A stretch of DNA of 64,000 bases from Takakia lepidozioides. Lineage: Eukaryota; Plantae; Bryophyta. This document shows, in pieces, positions 11,990 to 26,179 of this stretch; the first letter of the stretch is position 1; each line of letters opens with the position of its first letter. Location: assembly GCA_030704615.1 (NCBI GenBank), contig CM060734.1:12462001-12526000 (forward strand), given 5' to 3'. The notes under the pieces are model-generated. The model did not search any database. It was not told the origin of the DNA and saw nothing but the letters and a program-made list of their open reading frames with translations. The position numbers and the translations under genes were made by a program.

Positions 11990-12420
11990 GTGGCTGAACT
12001 TCAAACAAGAACACATCTGGGAGTTCGTCTTTTCCCACTAATGTTATTGGTTCTTCTGTAGTGATTCTTGATAAGTGATGGGATGTGATATGCATTCTTT
12101 CTGGTTTGTGTACCACTTCGAAGTCATATTCGTGAAGCAGGAGTAGCCACCAAGCTACTCTGCCACCATAACTAGTGGTCGATTTGTCAAATGTATCGAG
12201 GCCTGATGATCTACAATTGGTTGAATCAATTGCCCAACAAATAGTGTCGAAACTTCTGAATGACATAAATCATGGCCAATGTCTCTATTTTTGTGGTGCT
12301 GTAATTTCTCACAGTAGAGGTTAGTAACCTACTGGCATAGTATATAGGTGAATCCAATGTTCATGTGACATTTTGTGCTAGCACTACACCTATACCTATG
12401 CCCGAGGCATCGCTATGTTC
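11990..12420 (-). mobile_element. Gypsy RNase H remnant
   Basis: SDASGIGIGVVLAQ, PIYYASRLL..NYSTT, WWLLLLHEYDFEVVHKP..HLSR. Confidence 0.75.
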
Positions 12421-13329
12421 CAAGCTACTCATAGCACAACCCGTCAAATACAACACGTTACACCTGCCCTCAAAGACGCCCAACTCACTAAACAAGACCT
12501 CCACCTCTTATACATGACTTGAAAAAGGTCTTCGGCTCTATCAATGTAGATGCATGGTGAATACAATTTTTTTTTTCAATTGTGTTTTTATTCTTAGGCA
12601 AGCAGTTTAAACCAATGTTGTACTGGTATGTCCATTTTGGCATACCCGACTAGTCCTGGTAGGTCCAACTTGGCTATTGAGTCCAACTGGTAGGGCCCGG
12701 GGTAGATTAGGACTGGGCCTGGCCAGTAGGTTATAGGTGGGTATGGGTATTTCAAATTTTGAGATACCTGGTCCTAGGCATGGGTATGACAAAAACTCAA
12801 ATGACATACTGGGGCAATATGTACAATGGTATGGTTATATCTTTAATGGATGGTATCTTTGACAATTACATTATATATTATGGTATTTTAAGGTTAACTT
12901 CATGTTATTTTTACATGTCTTTTATATTTGTACCCACAAACCCATGTTATTCTTTATAAATTTTTATTTTTGTACATGGTTATCCATGTTGTAGTGGCTG
13001 GGATACATGATGCCAATGGCTCAAATCAGTAATGCCAGCAGCTGGGAGCCCAAAGATATAGTGCTATTTTTTACATTGCACAAATGTGAACGAGGATAAG
13101 CACAAAAAAATTGTATCATTACACATACCCATGCTAGCTTGGGTTCATCAATCCTCAATACGGGTCTCAAGCCAAGTATGAAAATAGTTCATACTTAGAC
13201 TGGTATGGTAGGTAGGGGGTAGGTCCAGTGCTCAAAACCCGGGTCTAGGGTATAGCCGGGGTATACACCCCAAGACATATCCAACTGGTATGTTCTACAA
13301 TACCCTTACTCATAGTGCACATACCCCGG

Positions 13330-13600
13330 CCGACTGGATACATGGTGCTGGTGGGTGTGTGCCAGGTAGTTGGTGTTGGTTGTCTTGTGAAAAGTGGTGA
13401 GTAGGGCGCGGTCGAGTACCAAAGAGATCGTCTTCGATTTGCCAGGTGTTGTCTTCTGAGGAGTACCCAGCCTATTTGCAAAGGTAGTACGTGTCAATGC
13501 AAGTGGCGCCAAATGAGTCAATGGACGTTTGAGTTTTAATCCCTAAGATAGACTCAATGTTGAATGCTTCGGGGTTATCTGGATCGGCTAGAAGTACAAC
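13330..13600 (-). mobile_element. Second fragment of the chromodomain-bearing ORF
   Basis: AFNIESILGIKTQTSIDSFGATCIDTYYLCK*AGYSSEDNTWQIEDDLFG, homologous to 2190-2440. Confidence 0.7.
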
Positions 13601-13689
13601 ACTAGTTTAAACGTTGTATTGTCAAAACAAGACAATTTGTTAATTTTTCGAAAAGTGCTGGGCACTTAAAAATACCTAGGCATTTGCCA

Positions 13690-14210
13690 GCCCGGTTGCA
13701 GGTATGGACGTGACGCCGCAGTAACATGTCAGCGTCAACGTCACGTCAAGACGTGATGACGACCGTCACGTCCATAAGAAGACATTCATCGCGGTATTTT
13801 TTTTTATTTTTTTTTACTTTTTTACTTTTTACCTTCTTTTGCTACGTTGGCAACAGCGAGGACGAAGGCGACCGGCCAGGTGACGGCTTGTCGAGGCGAC
13901 CATGCAGGCGCCGGTCGCCGGGCGGGATGGGGCGCCGGCCCGGGCGACCGCCACATCAGCGGTCGCCACGTCGGCAGTCCCCGGGCGGATGGGCCGCTGG
14001 CACGGGCGACCGCCACATCAGCGGTCATCGCACGCCACGTCAGCGGTTACCTGGCGGGATGGGCCGCCGGCCCGGGTGCCACGTCAGCCATGTGGGCGAC
14101 CGCGACAACAGGGCGACCGCCGATGTGGCAGTCGCCACATTGCGCTGGTGGCCGCCACGTGGCGGACATCTTCCGGAAGGCGCTTGGGTGACCGCTTTTG
14201 AGCGGTCGCC
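13690..14210. repeat. Probable hAT left end with GC-rich GGCGACCGCCACAT subterminal repeats
   Basis: CAGG start at 13699 and hairpin TATGGACGTGACG..CGTCACGTCCATA. The GCGACCGCC, GTCAGCGTCA and GTCACGTC motifs are shared with 26180-27549. Confidence 0.55.
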
Positions 14211-14628
14211 CATATAAGGGGAAGGAGGCCATTCTTGGCTCTCACTTTCACTCTTCCCCTTTAGCTCTGTGGGTGTGGGATGCTTTGCATTCTGCCGAGC
14301 GGAGTTAGAGGAAGAGGGAAGCCATTGACACGGAGGGGGAGGTTTTTTGTCTCCGATTTTTATAAAATTGTGGGCTTTTTCCTACCCCCGCATCCCATCT
14401 TTGGCTTCCAAACCCATTTTCTCAATTCATTAGGTGGGGACTAAATAGATCTTTGTGTATTTTGGATTTGGCCCCCCCTTGTGGTGTGTTACATTCTACT
14501 GTGATTTTGCTGAAATTGGTGAGTTTCGGTCAAACGAGGTGACTGGAGCAGGTACACTAGGCCTTTACATCATATAGAAATAAATGAGAGTTGTGTAAAG
14601 GCTATATAATATTACGAACGTTATAAAA

Positions 14629-17066
14629 ATGACGGAGGAGGGGGGGCAACGGTGTGGGCACCGAGAGAAGGCGGTCCAACTAGGCCCCGCAGGGAAGAGA
14701 GGTGCCAAAGGGAAGAAACATGACCTCAATTGGGACGTTTACGATAGGCCGGAAATTCAAGCGGCCGACGGATGGGATGCTATTCCGGAGAACAAACTGT
14801 GGACTATGGGGATATTTAAAAAATTCGTGAAAATGTGTCACATAAACCGTTTGTGGCCCAGGCCAATCGCATCAGATATTCACTCGGAACAATTGCTGCG
14901 ACGCCCCAACTTGCACAAATGCACATTTTCGCCAGAGGGCCGAAGATGTATATAAGACATTGTGGGGACAACCAAAGTTGTACCGAAACTCCATATTATA
15001 TACATTGGCAGCCATGGTGTATGTTGAGGTTGTTTTGCATAGGCGTGTGGATTGGCAGACAGCCACAAAATGAAAAGGAGTGAAGCAGTACACCCTTAGC
15101 GACATCCCCGACACATATGAGCCCCAGCCCCAAAGCCAGTTGAATGCAACTGCAGCAACAGTAGCACTACCAATGCACCCGAAGCAATTGCAGCACAGCC
15201 TTTGTTGGAAAACGAATTGCAAGCCAAAGACCGACGTATCACGAAGTTGGAGGACATGGTGAATAGGCAAAGGTGTCAAGGAATTGGAGAGACAGTCCTC
15301 AATATTGGTCGACGATGTCATTGCACAAATAACTTATGATATTCCTAGCCTGCCCCGGTCGTCATTTGTTGTTGCACAGGATGCAAGGCTTGAATGTGAA
15401 CAGAGGACAAAAGGCAAAGAGCCTATGGTGGTGAGGGGTGAGTGTTCGGGAACAACTATTCAATCCGACACAACAATTGTTGTGGAAAATCTCATTAAGG
15501 AACGTGATACCGTAAGGGCGACTGCAAATCAGCTGGCCAGGGTAGTAGACCTCAAAAGGTTTGTGCCACGTGAAGAGAGGTGGACGGAGTGGGTCATGTG
15601 GGCAAGAACTTTGGCATCAGAAGAGGTTCAGAAAGAACATGCACTATATCGACTACAACAAGCTGCACGGATGTCAAATCGTGCTGTGCAGAACATTTAT
15701 GCAAACATGCAGCGCTATGAGGCATTTGCCACTAACCGAGAAAAAGAAAATGATGAAGAAAGAAAAAAACGTGAAGACCAAGATGTGTCCGCCGCACTTG
15801 CCACCCATACATCCGAGTTTGACTCATTCACAGTGTGGGGTGATTTACATGGCATGTTTGACCATTGTGAACATAGAGTTGGTGGAGGCATTGAGAGCAT
15901 AATTTGGGAATTTGAAATGGGGGAGGAGTGGGATACTAGTGAGACACAAATGTCATCTCACTTGTTCGACAACAAGCGGGTGGAGTGCTCACGTCCTCCA
16001 ATACCATCATGGATCAAAGATGGCTCGTGTTGTCCAGTTTGCCTTAATTCATATGGTCCGGAGGGTGCATACTTGTTGGGAAGTTGTGGACATATGTTTC
16101 ACGTAACTTGTTTGAAGTCGGCGGCTCTGATAAGCAACACATGTCCGTCATGTCGTGCGCCAATCCACCGACGTTACTATGAGCTATTTGGGTTGGAGGA
16201 TGTGATGCCCATAGGGTATGAGCTCAATCGACACAATTTCCCTTTGGACTAGGAACCTCACAATTTTCGAAAGACGTTGGCATGGAATGCTGATACGAGG
16301 ATGCATGGCATGATATCCAATCGAACGTTCGATATCAATGAGTTTTGAATGACATCTAATTGGGAAATCACAAAACGTGCTCGTTGCATAGAAGATCCAG
16401 ATCAACGGGAGTTGTTTTGTCGAAACCTTGGAGGACATTGGGGAATAAGAAGCGAGAGGTTTTTCCGGTTGCCCGAGAACCTACCAAACGGAGTGAACCT
16501 TTCCTCATACAATGGTAATTCGATTGGCCGGCATCTGTTGCTGCATAGCCTTGAGTGTGTTGCCAAATCATGGATCCGAATGAACGACACAATGACGGAA
16601 CGCAAAGAGCGGCGGCTGCGTCGCAATCCTGCATATGAAGATGCGGATGAAAAGAAAATCAACAGATATGCCAAGGCCATTAGGCAAGTCGTTAGAACGT
16701 GGCAAATGAGTCTAGCAAGCGCGTTAGTGGGTGTGAAATCCATTGATCTCCCAAATGTCCAGGACCTTGGAGGCCGCTGAAACTGTCGCCAACAATGTTA
16801 ACTCGCCGCCTCGTCGCCTCCAAAATGATAGTCAACAGAGTGACAATCAATACTCCCCAGAGTCACTCCTCATGATGGCAAGGGTGGACGAGGAACGTGT
16901 TAGGCTCGGGCCACCACCTCGCACTCGATACCAGACCCGAGCTCGCTTGCCCATTCATCCGGACGCCGCTTCTACACACTCAGCGTTGTCATCAACCCCA
17001 CATCCGGCGGTGCCATCTGCAACTTCAGGGAGTGAAACACAAGAGACTATAGATTTATCGGAATAG
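14629..17066 (+). pseudogene. RING-H2 finger protein gene, disrupted, probably transposon cargo
   Basis: CPVC-x14-CGHMFHVTC-x10-CPSC (C3H2C3) in ORF 15284-16252, preceded by a coiled-coil-like region. The same frame resumes at 16349-16780 after stops. Confidence 0.7.
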
Positions 17067-17847
17067 CCTCGCTCTTACATATTACAACTATGAATAGATC
17101 TTTTTGTCGATGATAATATTCCTATAACTTCTAATAGGTTTGTAAAATTTCAACATAGCATTTTATGCCCGAATTTCGAAGCATTGCCCATGAGGCATGT
17201 CTTTCGTGATTTGACTATGGCGCCCAATGCTTGTGGATGACCTTTATATTTGAAGCACTCTTTCTCATTATTCTGGAATTTTCAATTTGAATTTTGCATG
17301 GACCATGGTTGTACGTCATATTTGTTGAGCTGAATAACTGTTAACCAGAATAATTTTGATTGACCTGATAGGGATTTAATGTAGAACTTCATAGTGTCGA
17401 TGAGTAAGTTATAACTTATTAACAAGTCCACCGTTGTTGTCAAGTTGCGGGTTTGGAATTTTAATCAAGTCCACCGGCATACATGAATATTTCATAGGGA
17501 TACTCAATTTTAGAGTGAATAGTTCTCAATACATTGCATGCCAAAATGTGAATATTGTGCGGTCTGCTCTGCTGGACAACCGCGATTGTTGTATATCCCA
17601 TCTTGTTCATCATTGACCCAACATCATTTGGCATTATTGATATTATTTTATATGAACATCATGGTGCATGCACATTCTACTTTGCATACATTCATAGTTT
17701 CATAATTATATAAATGCAAGTTCCGAATCAATTTCATATTTCATACGAAAGCAAACCAGGCTACATGTATTCCAATAGTTTAGTGGACCGCAACACATTC
17801 ACCACGGACCATCTTGCAAGTTCTTGCCTACGAAGATGTCCATCTTC

Positions 17848-19577
17848 CTAATTGTTTCTATTTCTACGACGGGATGACAATCTTGCCGGCCCCACCAGCG
17901 TGAAGTCCAAGTCCCCCTGCACTTCACCGTCAGCGCCATGGTCGGTGCTGTCATCGTCCTCAGTGGCCGTTGTGGTTGCATCAGGCATTCTTAGACGCAT
18001 CCGACCCCGTTTGATCTTCATTTGCCGCATTGGCCTATTCCCATCACGATCAGTAATTCCATCGATAGTATCTGGCCCACGTGTGTTGCGATCACCAATG
18101 AAACTTTGTACAATTTTTTGCCTTTTCGCCGCTTGTGGGGGATTTTGTATTCTCGTACCAGAATGGGGGCCACGGTGATGCGCTGCTGAGGGTCCACCGA
18201 CATGATATGAGAGTCGATTGACGTGGGTGGACTGTCGGTTCAGATGGACCTGCAATGGCAAATGATCGTCATCCGATGGATCCACCGGAGATATTTCCAT
18301 CTGCATTTGGGATGACCGAAGTGCCTGTCCTCGCGTCACGTGAGCGCTTGCCATGTTTTTTGTCACATTCTCGTGCGACTCGGGCTCTTCAACTTCCTCT
18401 GTTGTTTGCGGTGTTGTGGTGGACGGGAGGGTAACAGTTGCCGCCATGTGTACTTCCACATTTTCATTGGTCTCGTTCCCATTTGGAATACTACCTGAGC
18501 CCCGTTCCTCATCCACGCTTGGGTGAAGGCTGAAGTTGACTGCACTGCTTGGCAATGTCGGAAGAGGATGCACATGCGGGTGGTGGTCCGTATCATGCAC
18601 TGTAGTGCGGGTGACTCCAATATGAGCCACATGATGCACCACATCATCTGCGAGTAAGTCATCAAACATCGAAGGCATTGTATCATCATCCTCATTGAAA
18701 CCATGTGCATCATATCCATTGCCCTCTGCATCATCTCCCGCTTGGGAGCTATCCAAACTAGTAGAATTACCGGCATCCTCACTTGCTGTATAGGCCTCAA
18801 AAGCTGAGTCTTCAGATTGCAAGTTCCTCTTGTACCATGCTGCAGTATCATCCCCCGCTTGAGCCCGTAATAGCCGTGAATTGGTATACACATATACCAA
18901 TTTCTCGGCCCTATCCGGATGCAACCTGTTCCGAATCTTGCTATGCACGAATGAATAACTACTCCAATTACGTTCACAGAAAGATGCGGGTCTTTCAATG
19001 AAAATACATGTTGCTGAAGGTTCCTCAATAGCAACCATGCCTTTCCCATAACTGGTTTCTTTCCATCGAACTCCCGTAACACAACAAGGGCTGGCTCCAC
19101 CATGTGCACAAAATTCTCGCACTTGGACCAGAAATCATCTGATCGAATGGTCTTTCTGACCTTTTGACTTTTGCTCAGTGACTTGTTCTTCCGAGAGTCC
19201 CGCAACGTCCGTACGTGGACTTCCCACTGTGGGTCAATAACAGTGTGCTTGAGCGCGGACCTCACAGTCACCAACCTGTCCACCATCAGGAAGTTGGTGG
19301 CAAACCGAGTTTCCCCTGGATTCTTTAGGCTGTATTTTGGTTCGTGCCTCCTGTATATTGCCAAATGCATGTGGTGGTTTTGGATGAACTTCACAACAGA
19401 CTTGGCCTGCTTCACAAGGTCTTTCACCCATTGCTCTTTTTCCCAATCTGCTAACAGTAGGTCGAGGATATGAGCACAATATCCTTGATAATACATGTGA
19501 GGGTACTGAGCCAAAAGTAACTGGGCCATATTTCTCATGTTCGAGGTATTGTCCGTACAAATTTGCACAATTTTCTC
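17848..19577 (-). pseudogene. hAT (DUF659-type) transposase, 3' part, internally deleted
   Basis: QICTDNTSNM, CAHILDLL, GETRFATNFLM, CERNWS..RNRL. Deletion and frameshift near 18988. Truncated at 19577 by an LTR. Confidence 0.9.
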
Positions 19578-21140
19578 CAAGTTATTTTACCACTAGTGTG
19601 AAGTTAGCTAGGAAATAGCTAGCTTTTATATATTGACATTTGGGATTGACCCAAGTGTCAATGCAGGGGCCAATATATGTTTGGGCACATGATGTTGTTA
19701 TCTTCACGGCAGATCGCGGTGGGCTCATCTTTCTCGAGTTGAGCCTCACCGCGTCTAGCTATGGCGCCGTAGTGTGGATTCCCCATGGCGTGGGGTGCAC
19801 TTGGCTCGACTTAATATATGAGTGATGTTTTCATGTGCAAGTGTGTGAGTTTGAGAGAGCTTGTATGCTTGTATCATTATTTTCCTTATCACTTGAGAAA
19901 GATGAGTTCGAGTCTGTGAGTGCCAGGTTCGAGTTGTTTTGTAGCACTTGTGTTTTCATGAGAAGCGGTTTAGCCTAGAGTGCAGGGATCCGTGCATGAG
20001 CCTATCCAAAGTGGATGGAGTGCAAAGGCGAACAGGTTGCAGGTTTGCAATGGATAGAGAGGCGGGTAGCCTATGTTGAAGAGCGGCGTTGAATAGCTCA
20101 ATGCTATGGCAACCAAGTTTGGGCTTCTAGTGTGAAGCGGAGGAGATGCTGGCCACGAGTGGGCAAACTGGTGGTCGTCTTCTTCAGCTACAGGCCGAGT
20201 TAAGGAGCTGTAGAAATGTGGGCTGCGCATGGACATCTAGCATGTTGCAGGTTGGAGATGACATGATGAGCTCCAGGTATTTCTACCCGAAACTAGTTGT
20301 TGCGGGTAGATGAGGAGCAGCCGAATGGTGGAGCTGCGAGGGGATGCATCGCAGCCCGTTGGGAGCTTCAGCTCCAAGCTCATGAAGAGGTATGAGTGAA
20401 GAGAGGGGGCTGGTCCCTTTTGTGTGCAAATCAGTGCACTTGTGAAACATGTGCTGAGTTGGAGTTTCAATCTGAAACTCAGCAGTGTAAGGGCTCTTGG
20501 AGTGGCAAGAGCAGGGCTAGAAGGGCAACAACGAGGCGCCCTAGAGCCAAGGGAGATGCATGAGAAGTGCAGGTGCACCAAGTTTGTAAAGGTGTGTATT
20601 TTCAGATTTGTTTTTGTGAGCTTCATGAAGAAAATGGAGCTTGTTGGGCAGCATATAGCTTGCTTGTTGAGTTGGAGGCACTTCTAGTGGGCCGTGAGAG
20701 CTCAAGAGTGCAGGGCGACGGGGCTGATGGCTCCGCAGAAGCCATAGCTCGTCGGTAGCAGGTGCAGGAGCAAACCCCAGCTCGGGGAGAGCTCGGGAAC
20801 GCGTGGGAACGCCGGGAACGCATGGAAACTCGTTGGGAGTTCCAGGGAACGCAGGGAATAGTGACCGTGATGGGCCGTTGGGGCGGTATCACGAGATATC
20901 ACGAGCCCAGGTCGTGATGGTTGACCGTGACCGTTGACCATGACCGTTGGAGGTCGTGGTGCGGACACAACGGGTGGGCACGGTGACCAGATAGTGGGGA
21001 TGGCGGGCCGTGAAGGCTCGTGGGAGTGGTACCACGGGGTATCACTGGGCAGCCCGTGGCCGACAAGTGCCTAGGGCGGGCCGTGAGGAGTAGTGGCGGT
21101 TAGAGCCAAGGAAGGCCGCGAACAGGCAGAGTGAAAAAAT
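19578..21140 (+). mobile_element. 5' LTR plus leader fragment of the DNMT-gypsy family
   Basis: High identity to the reverse complement of 37621-38784, with about 400 bp extra at about 20005-20400. Confidence 0.85.
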
Positions 21141-23391
21141 AAAAAATAAAAAAAATAAAAAAAAATAAAAATTGCAAGATCGTTGCAGGTGTTGTCAGGT
21201 ATGAGTGTTACAGCCTTGACTGACCTACCCATCTTACAGTCAACAACAAAACTCCAAGACCTGTTACTTTCTATTCTGCTCTGAGAATGATGAAGCGCAA
21301 CAGCAGCCAAATAGCACACTGAATCAGAGGTTACCGAACAGACTAGAACACTCGGCAAATTATGTAATTTTTGACCACACATCAAATCATGAAAGGCAAT
21401 AAAAAGTGTAGCTGTAGCTTGCCACAATGTTTTTCTTTCTTCTTTTAACTCAAGGTTCTGTTGTGATCTCACTTGTTGTGCACAAAGCCACTCCATGCAT
21501 TCTTGTGAGATAGTAGATTCCATAGTTCCAGTTGGACCAGCATGTCTAGTTCATCAATTTTATGAGTTCTGAATTTCATGTCTAGTTCATATACTACCTA
21601 GAGGCGTATCCCCGCTGGGAGCAGGCTCTGTATGGCACTCTGTTTGCAAATACACATCTCATCTATTGCCCTGACATTTCTATTCTTCCGGATGGGGCAG
21701 TGAGTACCTATAGACAGAGATTGATTGAGACATATCCCCAGTTGGTAACTCATGCCCCCACTACTGCCCCAAGTACTTCACGTCGTCAGCCACCTCTTTC
21801 AGGACACTTGGCTGCAGTTTCTCGGCGATTATCTACACAACACAATGCAAAGAATGTCAGAAGGCACGTCCCAAGAGCAACACCTTGCCCTAGAGCCTAC
21901 AAGCCAGTACAATTCAGATGATGATTTTGTCGACTCCATTCAAGGACATCAGCTCAGCTCCCAGCTCCATCGAGGTATCATCTAGATCAACTATCTGAAT
22001 AACAATTCAGAGGTTCTACTCTTGTTACTTTGGTTATCTTCGAAGTTTGATTTGGAACTTCCTTTTGGTCGGGCAATTTCCCTACTTAATTTTTTGCTAC
22101 ATTCAAATCAAGCATGGGTTTATGGCCACAAGGCCCCTTAGCAAGCTATAACTTAATGTGAGTATACTTCTCATACCGAGGCTCTGCAGATATGACGGTG
22201 AAGCTTTACAGAATCAGCGTAAAGCATAGCCTTTTTTGTATTCTGTAACGCCTCACCATCATATCTGCGTAAAGCATAGCATTGCTTCCATGGAGCTCTC
22301 CTTCCCTGCATTAATTGCAATCAACTGACAAGGTCAAATGTCAACATCCCCAATGGCTGATTCCTCCCACTTGTATCCCTCAGCACAAGACTGAAATTCA
22401 AAACTCACTCACTCTTTCTTGTAGGTACATCGAGTCGTCGCTTAATTCAGCCACCAGGTCCTCTGGTACCTCATACAGACAGCTCCAATGATGAGATGTT
22501 TGAGGAATCCCTCTGCCGCCCCCCACATCCACCGCCACCCCAACATCCAGAGGTTACAAATATTACACAACAATCAGATTTGGCGGCCATGGAGGATACC
22601 CAGTTAGAGGTACTTTCAGAACAGTGGTTGGAATGTCATAGGAGGTATTTCAGATTCTAGGGCACAAGAAGGGGCTCATATCTTCCACAACACAACCGAG
22701 GATCCTTCATCAAAAACATTTTGTTCTGCCTTTGATGCATTTCTAGTTGAGGTGAGTGAAAACAGTAAAGATCCCACACTCCAAAAAGTTTGCGACGACC
22801 TTTCCCTGCGTCGACACTTGCGGCGAGGGATTATAACATCAGAAGCCCATCTTGCAAGGATGGTGCTTCACCCGTCATTCTCAATGTGTACACAGGCTGA
22901 TATAAAAAAGGAGTTTGAGCTAAAAGCGAGAAGGTTTTGGAGGGAGTGGGACTCATTTGACAAAGAAGTTAAAAATTCCCAACAAGATTAGCTACGAGAT
23001 GAGGCAAAGACTCTATCAGAATTGTATGGAGGGGCCATACGTAAGGCTGACAATCCACCATTGGTGGCTGATTTGGAGAGGATTTTGACCATCCCAAAAC
23101 TCTCTAATTTTACTGTTCAACAGTTGCTACAGATGTGCGAGCACGTTGATGATATTGGCATGCATGAAGAAATATCCTTGCTGACCAAAAGACAAGAGTT
23201 GGATGCTGCCCTTTTGAAGTACCAACGCACATACCTTTCTTCAGAAATATTCAAGACCATCAATAAGTTGCAACGACAGATTGCTTCTACAAAGGTTAAG
23301 GTAAAGCCACCACCCACTGTATTGATGTATTGATGGGAGTTTTGGCATTGTGGTGGAGCTGGTCGTATCGGTGAGGCATGATCCCGTCCCG

Positions 23392-25770
23392 TCAACTGTA
23401 CAATGGGTTCGACACCATTGTTTGTATGAACAGGGTTGCGTACGTCGATTGGTCTTGGCAGTACATCACCCCTAAGCTCCATTGGGGCACTACCGGTGGC
23501 TTCAGCGTGTAGTGGGGGGCGACGGTCGACCCCAACTTCATTTTGAGGACCATGTTCTGGGGATGACACAATTGTAGCTTCACCTTCATCTGTGATACGC
23601 ACTTCTTCAAGAAGGTCATCAAAGGTCGGCTGGATATAAGCATCATCATTGTGAATGTAAACTGGTCACACGCATTTTCGGGAGCATCATCGGATCCATC
23701 TTCACTATCGGAGGCAGATGATTCCCTCTGAGATGATTCTCTCTGAGGCTCAGTATCGTCACTCAACGAATCAGCCTCAGAAGCAGAGTCTTCGGAATGT
23801 AAAGTCCTCTCATACCATGCTGCAGCATCATCCACTGTCCTCTCACGTAGCAGTCGACAATTGGTATACACATACACCAATTTGTCAGCCCTCGCGGGAT
23901 TCAACCTGTTGCGAATCTTGTTGTGAACAAATGAGTAACTGCTCCAATTGCGTTCGCAAGATGAGACAGAGCACACTTGAGCAAGAATACGCTTCGCAAT
24001 GGCAGCCAATGTTCTTACTCCAGCTCCAATCAGATCCCACCATTCATGTGGCAACATATTGAGCTCTTTTGGATCCGGCATGTCCTCAAAAGGGTCGCGG
24101 CGATCTGAGAAGCATTGGTACTCGGATATAGCTCTTTCTACATGGTTTGGCGGAGCAAGTCGCATGAGCACTCGCACGAGGCCGACCTTGGCATCAGCGT
24201 CGTCTCGGAGCATGGTATTGTCGAGCAAGAATGGATTGAGCAAAGCCCACACATAATGCAAGTCCGTTTGAACCATCGAACGACGGTCGTAAAATGCATC
24301 ATCAGCACTGTCCGCAAGTTCAGGTTCCAAGGAGAAGAGAGGATGCCTCAAGGATTGGACGTGCTTCTCAAGATTTTGCATTAGTAACCATGCCTTGCCT
24401 ATGACGATTAACACCGGCTCTACCATATAAACATAGTTTTCACATTTCTTCCAGAAATCATCGTTGCGAATGTTATTTCGAACTTTTTGATTTTTGCCCA
24501 ATGACTTGGCTTTTCTGGAGTCCCACAATGTCCGTGTGTACACATCCCATTGAGGATCGATGATGGTATGCTCCAGACTGCTCTTCACCGTCACCAACCG
24601 ATCCACCATCAAGAAGTTAGTGGCAAAACGAGTTTCGCCTGGATTGCGGAGGCTGTATTTGGGTTCGTGCCTCCTATATATTGCCAAAGGGATGTGGTGT
24701 GTGCAGATGAATGACACAACAGTCTTCGCTCGCTTGACAAGTTGTTTCACCCACTATTCTTTTCCCCAATCTTCCAAAAGGAGGTCAAGGATATGAGCAA
24801 CACAACCTTGATAGTACATATGGGGATAACGTGCCAACAACATGTCTGCAGTGTTTCTCATGTTAGCAGCATTGTCTGTGCATATTTGCATGATTCTATC
24901 ACTTCCGACCTGTTCGATGAAGTCCGTCAATAGTTGGCATTGATAACGTCCATCTTTCTTCTCGCCGCTAGTGTCGACCGATCCCAAGAATTGTTCTCCA
25001 GCTGGACATACGAGCATGACATTGAACAACGGTCTGTTTGTGATAGAACTCCAACCATCGGCACATATAGTGCTTCCATATTTTCTGATGCACTCGCCCG
25101 TCCTATCGTTGACATTTTGGGTAAGCTCAGTCATGGCGTCTTCTAGCAATCATGTGCGGAGATTGTGATAAGTTGGAGGCACGTACGTGGATCTGGACTC
25201 CGAGGTTGCTCTAACGGCAGAAACAAATGTCGGAAGCCTTGCCACATTAAATGGTATGTTGGCCTCAAAGAAAAACTGCGCCCATTTTTTATCCAACTGT
25301 CTTTTCGGAGACAAGTTAAGACCTTCTTGCATAGATTGCTGCCGTAATCCTCTACTCCGTTGAAGTGTAGGGATACAAAGAGGTGTTGAAGCAGGTATTG
25401 CTCCGGCACAATCCACTTGTCCAAGGACACCCGAAGCCTCACAAGAGTCGCCCTGGGTACTAATCGGGGCATCCTGACGGGAAGATGGAGTATTCTGCTC
25501 AGAGGTCATGTCCAGATCCAAAGACATTGGAATATTGCCTTCACACTGGGCAAAGTGACTTTTTACCCGCATAGATGCTTTGGGGCATAAACCCACCCCG
25601 GCGCTCTTCACACCTTTATAGTCGAGGTAAGCGAGCAACCGATCCTTACGATAAGAAAGATTTAATCCACATAGGTTGCACTCAACACTACTAGTGGCAC
25701 TGACAGTGTTTGGGATTGCCGTATACCAAGGGTTCCATTCCTCTCTTATCTTTAGCCAATATCCACTCCC
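23392..25770 (-). pseudogene. hAT (DUF659-type) transposase with N-terminal BED-like finger, stops and frameshifts
   Basis: W..VECNLCG..VGLCPK, FFFEANIPFN, TICADGWSS, QICTDNAANM, CVAHILDLLLED, GETRFAT, EWW, SCERNWS. Confidence 0.9.
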
Positions 25771-26179
25771 TTGGGACCTAGCGATGCAAGCAACAAAAAA
25801 CAGTCACCTATAAATGAACGTGTTGTGAATGTAGAGTGCAATGCGATAGCCCAACACTTCTACACCTGTCAGCAACCCAAGTGGGTCGATGTGGGTTGTA
25901 GTATTGAGCTTATACACAATCTGCTTAAGTGGCTTTGGTGGAATTTCAACGCAAAAGGTGTGCACCCTTCTCTTGGGTTACACTCTCGTTCAATGAAAGA
26001 GAACATCCAAAGCAACCTCAAGTGTTTGCGCCAAAAGAAGTGAAGAGCTTGGTGACCCTCCTTCCTTATATATGATCCAAGAGGGATGAAAGTGAAATGA
26101 AAGTGAAATGAATAAATGACGAATCAATAGGTCCTACCCGAAAAAAACTGTACAACCATATTTGTTGTAATTTTGAAAT

